Numbered from the stretch's first letter, positions 19,885-29,816 are shown. The stretch: 64,000 nt of DNA from an uncultured Solirubrobacterales bacterium (GCA_963738195.1 CAVTVF010000002.1:1926992-1990991), one strand, 5' to 3'. Translations and numbers: made by a program. Notes: generated by a model from the letters alone, not told the origin.

Positions 19885-21468
19885 CAGCTCCACGTGGACG
19901 GCGCTCGCGTAGCCGAAGAGGCGCGTCGTGTGGTGGCTGTAGGCGCGCTGCAGCGCCGCGGTCAGCTGCACGTCGTGGCGGTACTCGGTGCGGGCGGCGG
20001 GTGAGCCGTGGCGCCTGCCCTGATGGCTCGAGATGAACCACAGCCGGGGACAGCTGGCCGTGATCTGGCTGAGGTGGGGCGATGAGGGAACAGCGTAGTC
20101 CTCGACGAACGGGCGCACGCGGCTCCAGGGAGTGCTCGGCAGCACCGGCCGCGGCCGCGGCCCGCCGCTTGGGCCGACGGGCTGCACGGCGAGGTAGTAC
20201 TGGAAGGCCATGCGCCCGTCGGAGGGGTAGAACAGGGCGCAGTCGCCAGGCGCAGTGTGGTGGAGCACGTAGGCGGTCGCTCCTTTCCAATCCTCCGGCG
20301 AGATACCGTAGGTCGGCGCCAGCTGGAGCACTCGCAGGCCGACGAGGACGACGAGGCAGGCGGCTCCGGCCAGCGCCGGGATCCGCGGGCGCGTGAGTCC
20401 CCAGGCGAGCAGCAGCGCCACGGCGGGCACGCTGTAGATGAGGTTGCGCGGCAGAAACAGCGGCTGGCCGACGAGCGACTCGGCCCACGCGATCGCGACC
20501 GGAACCGCCAGCCACGAGAGCAGCAGCAGCGGGCCAAAGCTCGAGCGCTGCCTGAGGCGCGGGATGATCGCGACTGCGCACGCGAGCAGGATCAGCGCGG
20601 TCAGCGCGAGCAGCACGGGCGTGGTGGCGGTCGCGTGCATGCTCGGCTGGAGGCCGGCCCCCGTCAGCGCCTCCGAGACCTGGTCGATGTCGGTGAGGGT
20701 CGGGGTCGAGACCCAGGCGAGCTGGGAGGAGCCGCGGCCGAGCGCGAGCACCATCAGCGGGACGCACAGCACCGCGATCGCCACCATCGCCCCACCCAGC
20801 GCGCGCCAGTGGCGCTTCCACCAGGGGACCAAGAGCAGCTGGGCGATCACGACCAGGACCGTCATGAGGCTCATGTACATCCCCAGCGCGGTCGCGATCA
20901 CGTAGCCCGCCCAGGCGAGCGCGCGGCGCCCGCGCGGCTGCGGGCCATCACTGACCAAGTCGACAAAGGCGAGGAATGAACCCGTGACGAAGGCCACCAG
21001 CAGCGCATAGCTGCGGGCGCTCTGGCCCCAGAAGACGAGCGGCATGCTGATCGCCGTGAGCACGCCGGCGAACAGCGCGGCCCGGCGGTCGAACAGCCGC
21101 AGCGCGAGCATCCCGGTCAGCGCCACCGCCAGCGCGATGCCGATTGCCGAGGGCAAGCGCAGAACCAGCACGCTCGAGCCGAACAGCCCCACGAGCGCGT
21201 GCAAGAGCACGTAGTAGCCCGACATGTTGCCCCCGTCGTGAGCGATCGCGTGGCGCAGCGCGGCGCCGTGCTGGCTCACGATTGCGAACGTCGCCGACTC
21301 GTCGAACCCGAGGCTGCGGGCTGTGATGCCGTACAAGCAGAGGCCGAGGGCCAGCAGCGAGGGCAGACCGACGATGAGAGCGTCGCGCAGCCAGCTCCAG
21401 CGCGCTGCGCCGCTTGGCGGACGCGGCGAGGTTTCCGGTGCGTGCGACGGCCTGAGGACGGTGGCCAC
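19873..21468 (-). CDS. GT39/PMT-like membrane glycosyltransferase
   Basis: SLGFDESAT (DE motif), LRLPS, QSARSYAL, many TMs; GTG start overlaps the stop of the upstream GT. Confidence 0.8.
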   Translation of the reverse strand: MATVLRPSHAPETSPRPPSGAARWSWLRDALIVGLPSLLALGLCLYGITARSLGFDESATFAIVSQHGAALRHAIAHDGGNMSGYYVLLHALVGLFGSSVLVLRLPSAIGIALAVALTGMLALRLFDRRAALFAGVLTAISMPLVFWGQSARSYALLVAFVTGSFLAFVDLVSDGPQPRGRRALAWAGYVIATALGMYMSLMTVLVVIAQLLLVPWWKRHWRALGGAMVAIAVLCVPLMVLALGRGSSQLAWVSTPTLTDIDQVSEALTGAGLQPSMHATATTPVLLALTALILLACAVAIIPRLRQRSSFGPLLLLSWLAVPVAIAWAESLVGQPLFLPRNLIYSVPAVALLLAWGLTRPRIPALAGAACLVVLVGLRVLQLAPTYGISPEDWKGATAYVLHHTAPGDCALFYPSDGRMAFQYYLAVQPVGPSGGPRPRPVLPSTPWSRVRPFVEDYAVPSSPHLSQITASCPRLWFISSHQGRRHGSPAARTEYRHDVQLTAALQRAYSHHTTRLFGYASAVHVELLGP

Positions 21469-23003
21469 TAGGACCGACCGGCTGCGGCTGCGCCTCGCCA
21501 GCGTCGCGCGTGCACGATCGCGGCGGCGGCTGCCAGCAGGTAGAGGACGACCATCTCGGGCGCGGCCGCGATCGGCAGCAGCAGCTGGCCGCTCGGCTTG
21601 ACGATCAGCGCTCCGACGACCAGCACGAGCGGCATCGCCAAGAACGCCGGGCCCTTGGGGCACGCGGCCAGGAGGGGCAGACCCCAGATCAGGTACCACG
21701 GCCACGCGGCCGGCCCGAACACAGCCGCCAGCACCAGCAGCAGGCCCAGGTAGCGCACGAGCGTGGCTTCGCGCACGCGATACAGCAGCCACAGCCCGTA
21801 AATGGCGGTGAGCCCAAATGTGATCTGAGCAAAGGTGTGGGCCAGCGTGTGACCGCCGATCGGGACGCCGACACCGCGCAGCAGGGCGGCAACGGTGTAT
21901 CCGAGCGCGGTGGCGGGCGTGATCGCCAGGTGCACCTTGCCGGGAGTCGAGAACAGCCCGCCGGAGATCCAGCTGAGGCCGACCCCGGTCGCGGCGCTGA
22001 CCGCGGCCAGCACGGCGACGAATACGAGTGCTGAGCTCGCCAGGACGCGAACGCGGTTCAAGCTGCCCTCGGTTCGCCACGCCCACGCCACCGCGATGAA
22101 CGCCGCCGCGGCCGCCCCCGGCACCTTGATCGTCGCCGCGAGCGCGCAGATTGCGATCCCCAACAGTGGCCAGCGCAACGCCGCCGCGACTCCGAGCGCC
22201 ATCACGCCGGCCATCAGCATGTCGTTGTGGCCCGGGGAGATGAGCTGGAAAAGGACCAGCGGCGAGAGCACGATCAGCCACACCGCCCGCCGCGGGTCGC
22301 CGCCGACCGCTCGCGCCAGCGGCGGCAACGCGACCGCCACCAACGCCGCGCCGACGATCGCGAGCAGGCGCACCAGGATCACGCCGGTAACGAGGTTCGA
22401 TGAGGCGGCGCCCACCAACCAGCCGACGATCGTGAGGAAGAGGGGCCCATAGGGGGCGGTCGTCTTGTGCCAGAGGCCGGGGATCGCCGCGAGCGTGTGC
22501 TTCTGGCCGAGGTGGGCCAGGGCGATCGGGGCCACGCGGTATGGGTTGTGCCCGAGGTGCAGCAGCGTCCCCTGCGCCAGGTAGCTGTAGATGTCACGGC
22601 TGAAGAGCGGCGGCCCGAGCGCGAGCGGCACGCACCACAGAGCGCCGATCGCGACCAGCATCCACATGCGCACGGCCGGCGAGCGCCTCAGCTCGCGCCC
22701 GAGCCCGAGCCAGGCTGCGACCAGCGCCGCGACACCGATGTAGAAGAGGACCTCGGTGGCGGAATGGCTGTTTGTGAGCTTGACCGAGAACCACCATTTG
22801 GGCACCGTGTACCGACCCAGCAGCCGCGTGCCGGCGAGCGTCAAGAGGATCGAGCCGGCCAGCCCCAGAGCGCCCCACAGCCACGCCGAGGCCAAGGCGT
22901 GAGCCGGCGCCGCCTGAGCGGTTTCCTGCTTGCGCGGCGGCGAGGCCGCGCGGTCGACGTTCGTGGCTGTCGCGTTCATCGCATTGAGACCGCTGAGCGG
23001 CAT
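21468..23003 (-). CDS. MptA/MptB-like polyprenol-phosphomannose alpha-1,6-mannosyltransferase
   Basis: PPLFSRDIYSYLAQG, TAPYGPLF, GHNDMLM, IKVP, WPWYLIW. Start uncertain (22979 or 23003). Confidence 0.85.
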   Translation of the reverse strand: MPLSGLNAMNATATNVDRAASPPRKQETAQAAPAHALASAWLWGALGLAGSILLTLAGTRLLGRYTVPKWWFSVKLTNSHSATEVLFYIGVAALVAAWLGLGRELRRSPAVRMWMLVAIGALWCVPLALGPPLFSRDIYSYLAQGTLLHLGHNPYRVAPIALAHLGQKHTLAAIPGLWHKTTAPYGPLFLTIVGWLVGAASSNLVTGVILVRLLAIVGAALVAVALPPLARAVGGDPRRAVWLIVLSPLVLFQLISPGHNDMLMAGVMALGVAAALRWPLLGIAICALAATIKVPGAAAAAFIAVAWAWRTEGSLNRVRVLASSALVFVAVLAAVSAATGVGLSWISGGLFSTPGKVHLAITPATALGYTVAALLRGVGVPIGGHTLAHTFAQITFGLTAIYGLWLLYRVREATLVRYLGLLLVLAAVFGPAAWPWYLIWGLPLLAACPKGPAFLAMPLVLVVGALIVKPSGQLLLPIAAAPEMVVLYLLAAAAAIVHARRWRGAAAAGRS

Positions 23004-23094
23004 TGGCGCGCGCAGGCCTGGCCGCCTGCTGCGACGGGGTGAACGTCTGATCGTAGCTGTGCCCGGGGCCGTTGGCGGCGGCGCAGGCCTATTT

Positions 23095-23709
23095 TCAGGT
23101 TGTCTCGCCGCCGCCTGCGGGCACGGTCCCGGGCTCCTCTGCAGCCGGCGTGCTCGGGGCCGTGTTTCTCCTGCGCCAGCGCCACCCGCGACCGCCCTCC
23201 GGCGGCAGCACATCCCTGGCGGCGGCGACCGATACGCGGCCGATCGCAAAAGCCGACAGAAGCACCACTAGGACTCCGAGCGCGTAGTGATACCCAAGCC
23301 ACTCGAAGGTCTGGCGCACGTAGCCGCCGAGCGGGGCGCCGGTCTGCGCGAGACCGTGATTCCACAGCCTGCTGACCTCAGGACCGACAACGAACCACGC
23401 GCCGCCGGCAACGCCGAGCCAGCCCGCAAAGGCCGCGCTGACACGGTTGCCGGCGCGCAGCAGGAGCAGCGCCGCCAGCACGACTGCGGCGCCAGGAAGG
23501 ATGTTCAGCCAGAGCCGGCCAGTCGTGAAGTGCCATGCCTGATGGTTGATGAAGGCATAACCGAAGTACGGGCCGATGAAGGGGATGAGTCCGCCCCAGA
23601 GGCCGAGCACAAGCAGACACAGTGCGGTGATCGCGCCTCGCGTGCGCGGGATCGCCAGTGCCGACCTTCTCCCCTTGCCCAATCCTCGCCGACTGGTTGT
23701 AGCTGTCAT
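23095..23709 (-). CDS. Conserved actinobacterial membrane protein (four TMs)
   Basis: PRTRGA...LGLWGGLIPFIGPYF; strong AGGAGGTG SD upstream of ATG 23709. Confidence 0.75.
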   Translation of the reverse strand: MTATTSRRGLGKGRRSALAIPRTRGAITALCLLVLGLWGGLIPFIGPYFGYAFINHQAWHFTTGRLWLNILPGAAVVLAALLLLRAGNRVSAAFAGWLGVAGGAWFVVGPEVSRLWNHGLAQTGAPLGGYVRQTFEWLGYHYALGVLVVLLSAFAIGRVSVAAARDVLPPEGGRGWRWRRRNTAPSTPAAEEPGTVPAGGGETT

Positions 23710-23751
23710 GGCCACCACCTCCTGGTGAGGGGCTACCCGACGGCGAGCTTC

Positions 23752-24627
23752 CTACGCGGCGACCCTCACCTTCAGGGCGGCGGGCACGACGGTGACGAGT
23801 GCCGGCGTGACCGCAATCGCGTCGCCGTCGGCATAGACCTCGAACGGCCTGTCGGCGCCGAGCCGTATCTCGCGCGCGCGCTCGATGTGGACTGTCGGCT
23901 CGTGGACATGCGTGCCGCGAAAGACCTTGGGCGTGTTGCGGATGAAGTTCAGCCGCGGCGTGTGTTCGATCACAACCACGTCGAGCAGCCCGTCGTCGAG
24001 CTGGGCGTCGGGAACGAGGCGCATCCCGCCGCCGAAGCGGCCGCTGTTCGCCGCGGCAGCCATGTACCCGGTGTAATCCGCCCGCCTCCCGTCGAGCTCG
24101 AGCTCGAACCGAGCCGGCCGCCAGCGCGCGAGGCCGTACATCGTGGCCGCGAGGTAAACGGCCCGCCCGCCTAGGCGGGGCGCAGCGTTCGCGATCGGGG
24201 TCACCTCCGACTCGAGCCCGATCGACGCGTTGCCCAGGAACGTCTGGCCGTTGACCTCGCCGACATCGATCGTCCGCACCTGGCCGGAGACGATGACCTC
24301 ACAGGCCGCGAGCGGATCTCGGGGGATGCCCAACACCGCCGCGAAATCGTTTCCGCGGCCGCCGGGCAGCAACCCCAGGACGGCATCGGTGCCCCGGATC
24401 GCTGCGGCGGCGATGCGGGCCATGCCGTCGCCGCCGAAGGCCACGACTTCCTCGCCTCGCTGCGCAGCCTCGCGAGCGAGCTCGCCCGCATGGACTGCAG
24501 AGTCGGTGGCCGCGACGGCCACCTCGAGCCCGCTCTCCGCGAGCCTGCGACGGATCGGGTCGAGCTTCCTGGTGCCGGCGCCTGCGCCGGCGGCCGGGTT
24601 GACCAGTAGGCGCAGACGTCGACTCAC
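23752..24627 (-). CDS. Diacylglycerol kinase (YegS/DAGK) family lipid kinase
   Basis: VNPAAG, GGDG, LPGGRGNDFA, FGGGM, DDGLLDV, YADGD. Confidence 0.92.
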   Translation of the reverse strand: MSRRLRLLVNPAAGAGAGTRKLDPIRRRLAESGLEVAVAATDSAVHAGELAREAAQRGEEVVAFGGDGMARIAAAAIRGTDAVLGLLPGGRGNDFAAVLGIPRDPLAACEVIVSGQVRTIDVGEVNGQTFLGNASIGLESEVTPIANAAPRLGGRAVYLAATMYGLARWRPARFELELDGRRADYTGYMAAAANSGRFGGGMRLVPDAQLDDGLLDVVVIEHTPRLNFIRNTPKVFRGTHVHEPTVHIERAREIRLGADRPFEVYADGDAIAVTPALVTVVPAALKVRVAA

Positions 24628-26213
24628 CCGAGCAGCACTCCGGGGTTGAGGATCCCGGTGGGGTCGAGCGTCGACTTGACCGCGCGCAGGACCTCGAGCG
24701 CCAGCGGCCCCACCTCCGCGGCGTAGTGGCCGGCGTGGTCCGAGCCGACGCCGTGATGGTGCGTGATCGTGCCGCTGCTCCTGAGGATCGCGTCGCCTGC
24801 GGCCTGTTTGGCCGCCGCCCACTGGCTGAGCGGGTCCTCGAGCTGGGCCGCGCCGACCGTGAAGTACAGCGACGCGCCCGAGCGGTAGACGTGCGAGACG
24901 TGACACAGCACGACCGGCGGCGTGCCGAGCTCAGTCAGTCTCTCCTGGAGCGCCCGCTTGACCCCTCGATACAGCGGCTCGAGGTTCGACCAGAAGGTCG
25001 CGGTCTCGAGCGTTTCGACCAGCGCACCGGCACCGAGTAGCGCGTCCCTTAGGTAGGGGCCGCGGTAGCGCTCGCTGGCCCAGGACGCCCCCGCCGTGGC
25101 ATCCGGCTCGGCTTCGAGTTGACGAAGCATCGCGCTGGCGCGCGTGCGGCGCTCGAGTACTTCTGTCTCTCTGCCCTCGTAGCCGGTGATCGCCAGGCAG
25201 CCCGGCCGGTTGTTTGCCGATCCGCCGAGGTCGCTCGGGCGGGCCAGGTTGAGCGCGGTCTCGGCTTCGTCGGAGAGGCGCAGGACGGTGGGGGTGGGGC
25301 CATCCTGCGCGAGCCTCCGCATCGCCTCGATGCCGGCGTGAAAGTCCTCGAACCGCCAGCCTTCGTAAAGCGCCCTCTCCGGCTTCGGGCTGACCTCGAC
25401 GCTTAAAGCGGTGATCACGCCCAGGGTGCCCTCCGAGCCCAGGAAGAGCTGGCGCAGGTCGGGACCGGCCGCCGACCTCGGCGCTCGCCCAAGCTCGAGC
25501 GTGCCGCGCGGGGTCGCGACCCGGAGAGCTACGACTCGCTCGTCGAAGCGACCGTAGCCGGCGGAAGCCTGGCCGCTGGAACGAGTTGCGGCGAAGCCGC
25601 CCAGCGAGGCGTACTCGAACGATTGAGGGAAGTGGCCGAGCGTGAAACCAAGCTGAGCGAGCAGCGCTTCGGCCTCGGGCGCGCGCACCCCGGGCTCGAA
25701 CACAGCTATACGGGAGACATCATCGACCTCGATTAAGCGGTCCAGGAGGCGGAGATCGAGCGCGACCGCCGCCGCGAAGCCCTGCCTGCGCGGGGCGAGC
25801 CCGCCCACCACCGAGGTGCCGCCCCCGAACGGGGCCACCGCCAGCCGCTCCTCTGCGGCCAGGCGCAGGACCGCGAGCACCTGCTCGTGGCTGGAGGGGA
25901 GAATGACCGCGTCGGGCGCCTGCGCCGCATCGCCTCCACGTATCCGTAGGAGGTCGGGGGTGGACTTGCCGCGGGTGTGACTGATACGGGCTTCTTTGTC
26001 GGAGCGGACCTGCTCGCGCCCTACGAGCGCAACAAGCCGCTCGCGCACGCCCTCAGGCAGTCGCGAGTCGGGGACGCGCACGTCTTTGACAGCTACCGCC
26101 GGGGTCGGTTCGGTGATCCCGAGGCCGGAGCGCAGCAGCTCCTCGACTTCCGGCGCGAGCGCCAGCGCCTGGTCAGGATCGCCCCAGCCAGACCAGAGCA
26201 TCTCTCGCGACAT
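24624..26213 (-). CDS. FAD-linked oxidase, alkyl-DHAP synthase-like
   Basis: PFGGGTSVVGG, HFPQSFE, TRSSGQ, GSEGTLGVI, CHVSHVY, THHHGVG, LDPTGILNPG. Confidence 0.9.
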   Translation of the reverse strand: MSREMLWSGWGDPDQALALAPEVEELLRSGLGITEPTPAVAVKDVRVPDSRLPEGVRERLVALVGREQVRSDKEARISHTRGKSTPDLLRIRGGDAAQAPDAVILPSSHEQVLAVLRLAAEERLAVAPFGGGTSVVGGLAPRRQGFAAAVALDLRLLDRLIEVDDVSRIAVFEPGVRAPEAEALLAQLGFTLGHFPQSFEYASLGGFAATRSSGQASAGYGRFDERVVALRVATPRGTLELGRAPRSAAGPDLRQLFLGSEGTLGVITALSVEVSPKPERALYEGWRFEDFHAGIEAMRRLAQDGPTPTVLRLSDEAETALNLARPSDLGGSANNRPGCLAITGYEGRETEVLERRTRASAMLRQLEAEPDATAGASWASERYRGPYLRDALLGAGALVETLETATFWSNLEPLYRGVKRALQERLTELGTPPVVLCHVSHVYRSGASLYFTVGAAQLEDPLSQWAAAKQAAGDAILRSSGTITHHHGVGSDHAGHYAAEVGPLALEVLRAVKSTLDPTGILNPGVLLG

Positions 26214-26281
26214 GCCTCGATCATCGCGGCTATGGGCTGCGCCTGCAGTGCGGAGGGCGGCGTTTGTAAGCTCGAAGGGAG

Positions 26282-26926
26282 GTGACCGCTGCCACTCAAA
26301 GACCCACCGTGAGCCTGAGGGCCGACCGCGCGGCGACTCTGCGGCCGATCGAGCCTGGCGACCGCCGGCGGCTGATCGACGCCTTCTATCGCCTGAGCGA
26401 GGAGTCCCGCTACAGGCGCTTCTTTGCGCCCGTGCGAGAGCTGAGCGACCAGTCCGTCGACTACCTGGTCGAGATCGACCACCACGACCACGAGGCGATC
26501 GTCGCGATCGACCCGGGCACCGACCAGCTGGTAGGCGTCGCGCGCTTCGTGCGCCAGGCGCCCGATTCAGACCGTGCCGAGGCGGCGGTGGTGGTGGCTG
26601 ACGACTGGCAGGGCCATGGCCTCGGCCGCGCCCTGCTCGAGCGACTGGCGGCGCGGGCTCGCGAGGAGAACGTCGCGCGCTTCACGGCCCTCGTTCAAAC
26701 ACAGAACCGGCGTGCGCTCGAGGTCCTGGCCGAGCTCGGGCCCACCACCCGCTCGCTGGAGGGCGACCTGGTCGAGCTCGACATAGAGCTTCCGCGCGAG
26801 CGGCTCGGGACGCCGCTGGCGCTCGCGTTGCGCGCGGCCGCCGCGTCGGCCTTCGGTGTGCGCCCGCTGTCGGAACGGCTTCTGGGACTGGCGAGGGAGC
26901 GCGTTCGGCGCGAGAGCTCGGACTAG
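26282..26926 (+). CDS. GNAT family acetyltransferase
   Basis: LSEESRYRRFF, VGVARF, VADDWQGHGLG acetyl-CoA motif. Confidence 0.88.
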   Translation: MTAATQRPTVSLRADRAATLRPIEPGDRRRLIDAFYRLSEESRYRRFFAPVRELSDQSVDYLVEIDHHDHEAIVAIDPGTDQLVGVARFVRQAPDSDRAEAAVVVADDWQGHGLGRALLERLAARAREENVARFTALVQTQNRRALEVLAELGPTTRSLEGDLVELDIELPRERLGTPLALALRAAAASAFGVRPLSERLLGLARERVRRESSD

Positions 26927-27390
26927 TGTTCGTAGGTCCCGATCACACGGGCTTGCTCGATCACGTGATCCTCGATCTTGTCGAGTAGCTCGCGGCGCTC
27001 GAGGCCAGGCTCCAGGTCGAGGTCGGAGTCGAGCGCGTAGACCCAGAAGTAGTAGTGATGGGGGCCGTGGCCCGGCGGCGGCGCGGGACCGTTGTAGCGG
27101 GTGTTGCCCATCGAGTTGGAGCCCGCTTTGAGGTCACTCGCCCCTTCGGCAACCCCGCTCGCGTCTTTCGCGATCCCGTATGCGACCCAGTGCGTGAAGC
27201 CGTCGACAAGGGGCGCGTCAGGATCGTGGCAGACGATCGCGAAGGCCGCCGTGCCCTCGGGCACGCCCGTCCACTCGAGCGGCGGTGAGACATCCTCGCC
27301 GTCGCCCGTGTGCTTCTCCGGGATGCGGCCATGACCATCGAAGGCCGGTGATTTGATCTTCAGATCTGCAACGTTCAGTTTCTGTGCCAT
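26923..27390 (-). CDS. YbhB/YbcL (PEBP) family protein
   Basis: SPPLEW, DPDAP, HWV, GPAPPPGHGPHHYYF. Confidence 0.92.
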   Translation of the reverse strand: MAQKLNVADLKIKSPAFDGHGRIPEKHTGDGEDVSPPLEWTGVPEGTAAFAIVCHDPDAPLVDGFTHWVAYGIAKDASGVAEGASDLKAGSNSMGNTRYNGPAPPPGHGPHHYYFWVYALDSDLDLEPGLERRELLDKIEDHVIEQARVIGTYEH

Positions 27391-27423
27391 GCCCAGGCAG
27401 TACCCGCCGGACGGAGCGGCAAA

Positions 27424-28923
27424 TCAGTGCTCCGGTTCGGCCGCCCCGGTCGCCACGGGGGGTGGGGCCGCTGCGGCACCCGGCGTGCTGAGCGGCAGGC
27501 TGACCGTGAACGAGGCTCCTCCGCCGGGAGCGTTGCTTGCTCCGACGCTGCCTCCGTGCGCTTCGACGATCGCCTTGACGATCGAGAGGCCGAGACCGGC
27601 GCCGGCGGAGCCGCGCCCGCGGCCGGGCTCTGCGCGCCAGAAGCGCTCAAAGAGCGCATCCCTGTCGGTCGTCGGCAGTCCCTTGCCGTGATCGCGGACC
27701 TCGACCACGGCGCTGTGGTCCTGCTGCGCCACGCTCACGTCGACCGCCGTGCCCGCGGGTGTGTGTACGAGCGCGTTGCGGAGCAGGTTTGACACCACCT
27801 GCCTGAGCTGCGAGGAGTCCCCCAAGACCGTTACCGCGCCGTCGCTCGTCAACTCGATCGGGCGATCGGAGGCCGCCGCGCGGGCGTCCTCGACCGCTTC
27901 GGCGGTCAGCTCGGTGAGATCGACCGGCCGCCGCGCGACCTCGGGTAGCTGGTCGAGCCGCGCCAGCATCAGCAGGTTCTCGACCAGCTGCCCCATGCGC
28001 GCCGCCTCGCTCTCGATCCGCCGCATCGAGGAGGCCGCCTTGTCGGGATCATTCGCTACGCCAAGCCGGTAAAGCTCGGCATAACCCCGGATCGACGCCA
28101 GCGGCGTGCGCAGCTCGTGTGACGCGTCGGCCAGGAAGCGGCGCAGGCGGTTCTCGCTCGCCTCACGCTCGCGGAACGCCTTTTCGATCTGCGCGAGCAT
28201 CGCGTTCAGCGCGAGGCCGAGGCGGCCGACCTCGGTGCGTTCGTTGGCGGGCTCAACACGCTGGGAGAGATCTCCCTCGGCGATCGCTCCCGCCGTCGTG
28301 GCGATGCGGTCAAGCGGGCGTAGCCCGAGGCGCACGAGCCACCAGGAGAGGACGGCGAGGGCGGCGAGGATTGCAGCGATTACGAGGGCTTCGACCAGGA
28401 ACAGGCGGTGGAGCGTCTGATCCACTTCGGTCAGCGGGATCGCTATGACCGTTACTGCCCCCTGCTCGTCTGGCGTCTGCACCGCGAGCACGCGAAAGCT
28501 TGTGCCCCCATCCGAGCCTACGGTGATGGGCTGGTCGATCGGTATGTGACGCGGGAGGTGGGGGGCCGGAAAGGCCCTGTACGTCGTCCCGTTCTGCTCC
28601 AAGTAGGTCGCGACCACAGGTCGGCCGAGAAGCGCGCCTCCCGGGCCGACCCGGTATCCGTACGAACCGGCCGGGAGGGCAGCCTGCGGCCCGCCAAAGT
28701 CGCCTCCCTGACAGGCTTCCTGAGGCGGCCCGAAGCCGTTCGGCATGTTCGCGCCCTCGCAGTCCAGCCGTCGATCGACGGCTGGCAGGCTTGACTGCGC
28801 ATCCTGATCGACGCGGCTCAGCTGGAACGAACGCTGCTCTTCGTAGGTGATCACGGCGGCCGTCACCAATCCCGCGGCCGCGAGCACCAGCAGCCCGATG
28901 ATCAGGCGGGCACGGAGCGACAC
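27424..28923 (-). CDS. Sensor histidine kinase (HAMP-HisKA-HATPase)
   Basis: Two TMs, HAMP, ADASHELRTP, NLLRNA, DHGKG, GAGLGLSIV. Confidence 0.95.
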   Translation of the reverse strand: MSLRARLIIGLLVLAAAGLVTAAVITYEEQRSFQLSRVDQDAQSSLPAVDRRLDCEGANMPNGFGPPQEACQGGDFGGPQAALPAGSYGYRVGPGGALLGRPVVATYLEQNGTTYRAFPAPHLPRHIPIDQPITVGSDGGTSFRVLAVQTPDEQGAVTVIAIPLTEVDQTLHRLFLVEALVIAAILAALAVLSWWLVRLGLRPLDRIATTAGAIAEGDLSQRVEPANERTEVGRLGLALNAMLAQIEKAFREREASENRLRRFLADASHELRTPLASIRGYAELYRLGVANDPDKAASSMRRIESEAARMGQLVENLLMLARLDQLPEVARRPVDLTELTAEAVEDARAAASDRPIELTSDGAVTVLGDSSQLRQVVSNLLRNALVHTPAGTAVDVSVAQQDHSAVVEVRDHGKGLPTTDRDALFERFWRAEPGRGRGSAGAGLGLSIVKAIVEAHGGSVGASNAPGGGASFTVSLPLSTPGAAAAPPPVATGAAEPEH

Positions 28924-28925
28924 GG

Positions 28926-29630
28926 CTAGCCCTTGGGCAGGCGCAGCGAGTAGCCGACGCCGCGCACGGTGTGGATCAGCGGCGCGCCGTCAGCGTCGAC
29001 CTTCTTCCGCAGGTAGCTGATGTAGGTCTCCACCACGCGGCTGTCTCCCCCGAAGTCATAGTTCCAGACGTGATCGAGGATCTGCGACCGCGTGAGCACG
29101 CGGCGCGGGTTGAGCATCAGGAAGCGCAGCAGGCGGTACTCGGTCACAGTAAGGTCGATCGGCTTGCCGTCTCGCTTGACCTCGTGTGTGTCGTCGTCTA
29201 GCTCGAGACCGTCGAAGGTGAGCTTGCTCGAGTCGCGCTCGGCGCGGCCCGACCGGCGCAAAATCGCGCCGATGCGGGCGATCAGCTCCTCGAGGCTGAA
29301 CGGCTTGGTGACGTAGTCGTCGCCGCCCATCGTCAGGCCGCGGACCTTGTCCTCGGTCGTGTCGCGAGCGGTCAGAAAGATGATCGGCAGCTCGGTCCGC
29401 TGCGCGCCGAGCCGGCGCGCGACCTCGAAGCCCTCCATGTCGGGCAGCATGATGTCGAGCAGCATCAGGTCGGGCGCGAACGAGGAAGTCAGCGTGATCG
29501 CCTCTTGGCCGGTCGCGGCCGTCTCGACCTCGAAACCGTTGTAGCGGAGCGCCATCGAGATGACCTCGAGGATGTTGGGCTCGTCGTCAACTACCAGTAC
29601 CCGGGCTGTCTTGTCGCCGTTCGAGGTCAC
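28926..29630 (-). CDS. OmpR/PhoB family response regulator (PhoP/TcrX-like)
   Basis: VLVVDDE, LDIMLP, DDYVTKPF, YISYLRKK, TVRGVGY. Confidence 0.95.
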   Translation of the reverse strand: MTSNGDKTARVLVVDDEPNILEVISMALRYNGFEVETAATGQEAITLTSSFAPDLMLLDIMLPDMEGFEVARRLGAQRTELPIIFLTARDTTEDKVRGLTMGGDDYVTKPFSLEELIARIGAILRRSGRAERDSSKLTFDGLELDDDTHEVKRDGKPIDLTVTEYRLLRFLMLNPRRVLTRSQILDHVWNYDFGGDSRVVETYISYLRKKVDADGAPLIHTVRGVGYSLRLPKG

Positions 29631-29691
29631 AGCTGCCTCCAGTCAGATGGGGCTGCGTTCGGGGTCACAGCGGCCCCCAGTCAGATGGGGC
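29618..29691. repeat. Imperfect 36-bp direct repeat (38-bp period) duplicating the regulator's RBS/start region
   Basis: CGTTCGAGGTCACAGCTGCCTCCAGTCAGATGGGGC (29618-29653) versus CGTTCGGGGTCACAGCGGCCCCCAGTCAGATGGGGC (29656-29691), three mismatches. Confidence 0.9.
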
Positions 29692-29735
29692 GAGCGCCGG
29701 GATCCTGGTCGTCCGCGTCACGAGCACGAGTCTGA

Positions 29736-29760
29736 CTGAGAAGCCTGAGAATTTCCTGAG
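29736..29760 (-). promoter_or_regulatory. Putative OmpR-family autoregulatory direct repeat
   Basis: Minus strand CTCAGGAAATTCTCAGGCTTCTCAG: CTCAG repeats, one pair at an 11-bp period, upstream of the response regulator and similar to MprA-type boxes. Confidence 0.55.
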
Positions 29761-29816
29761 CCTTCGGTTGCCTCGTCCGGCGTTGTCCGCCAACTGTCGC
29801 CGTGTACCGTGCGGCG

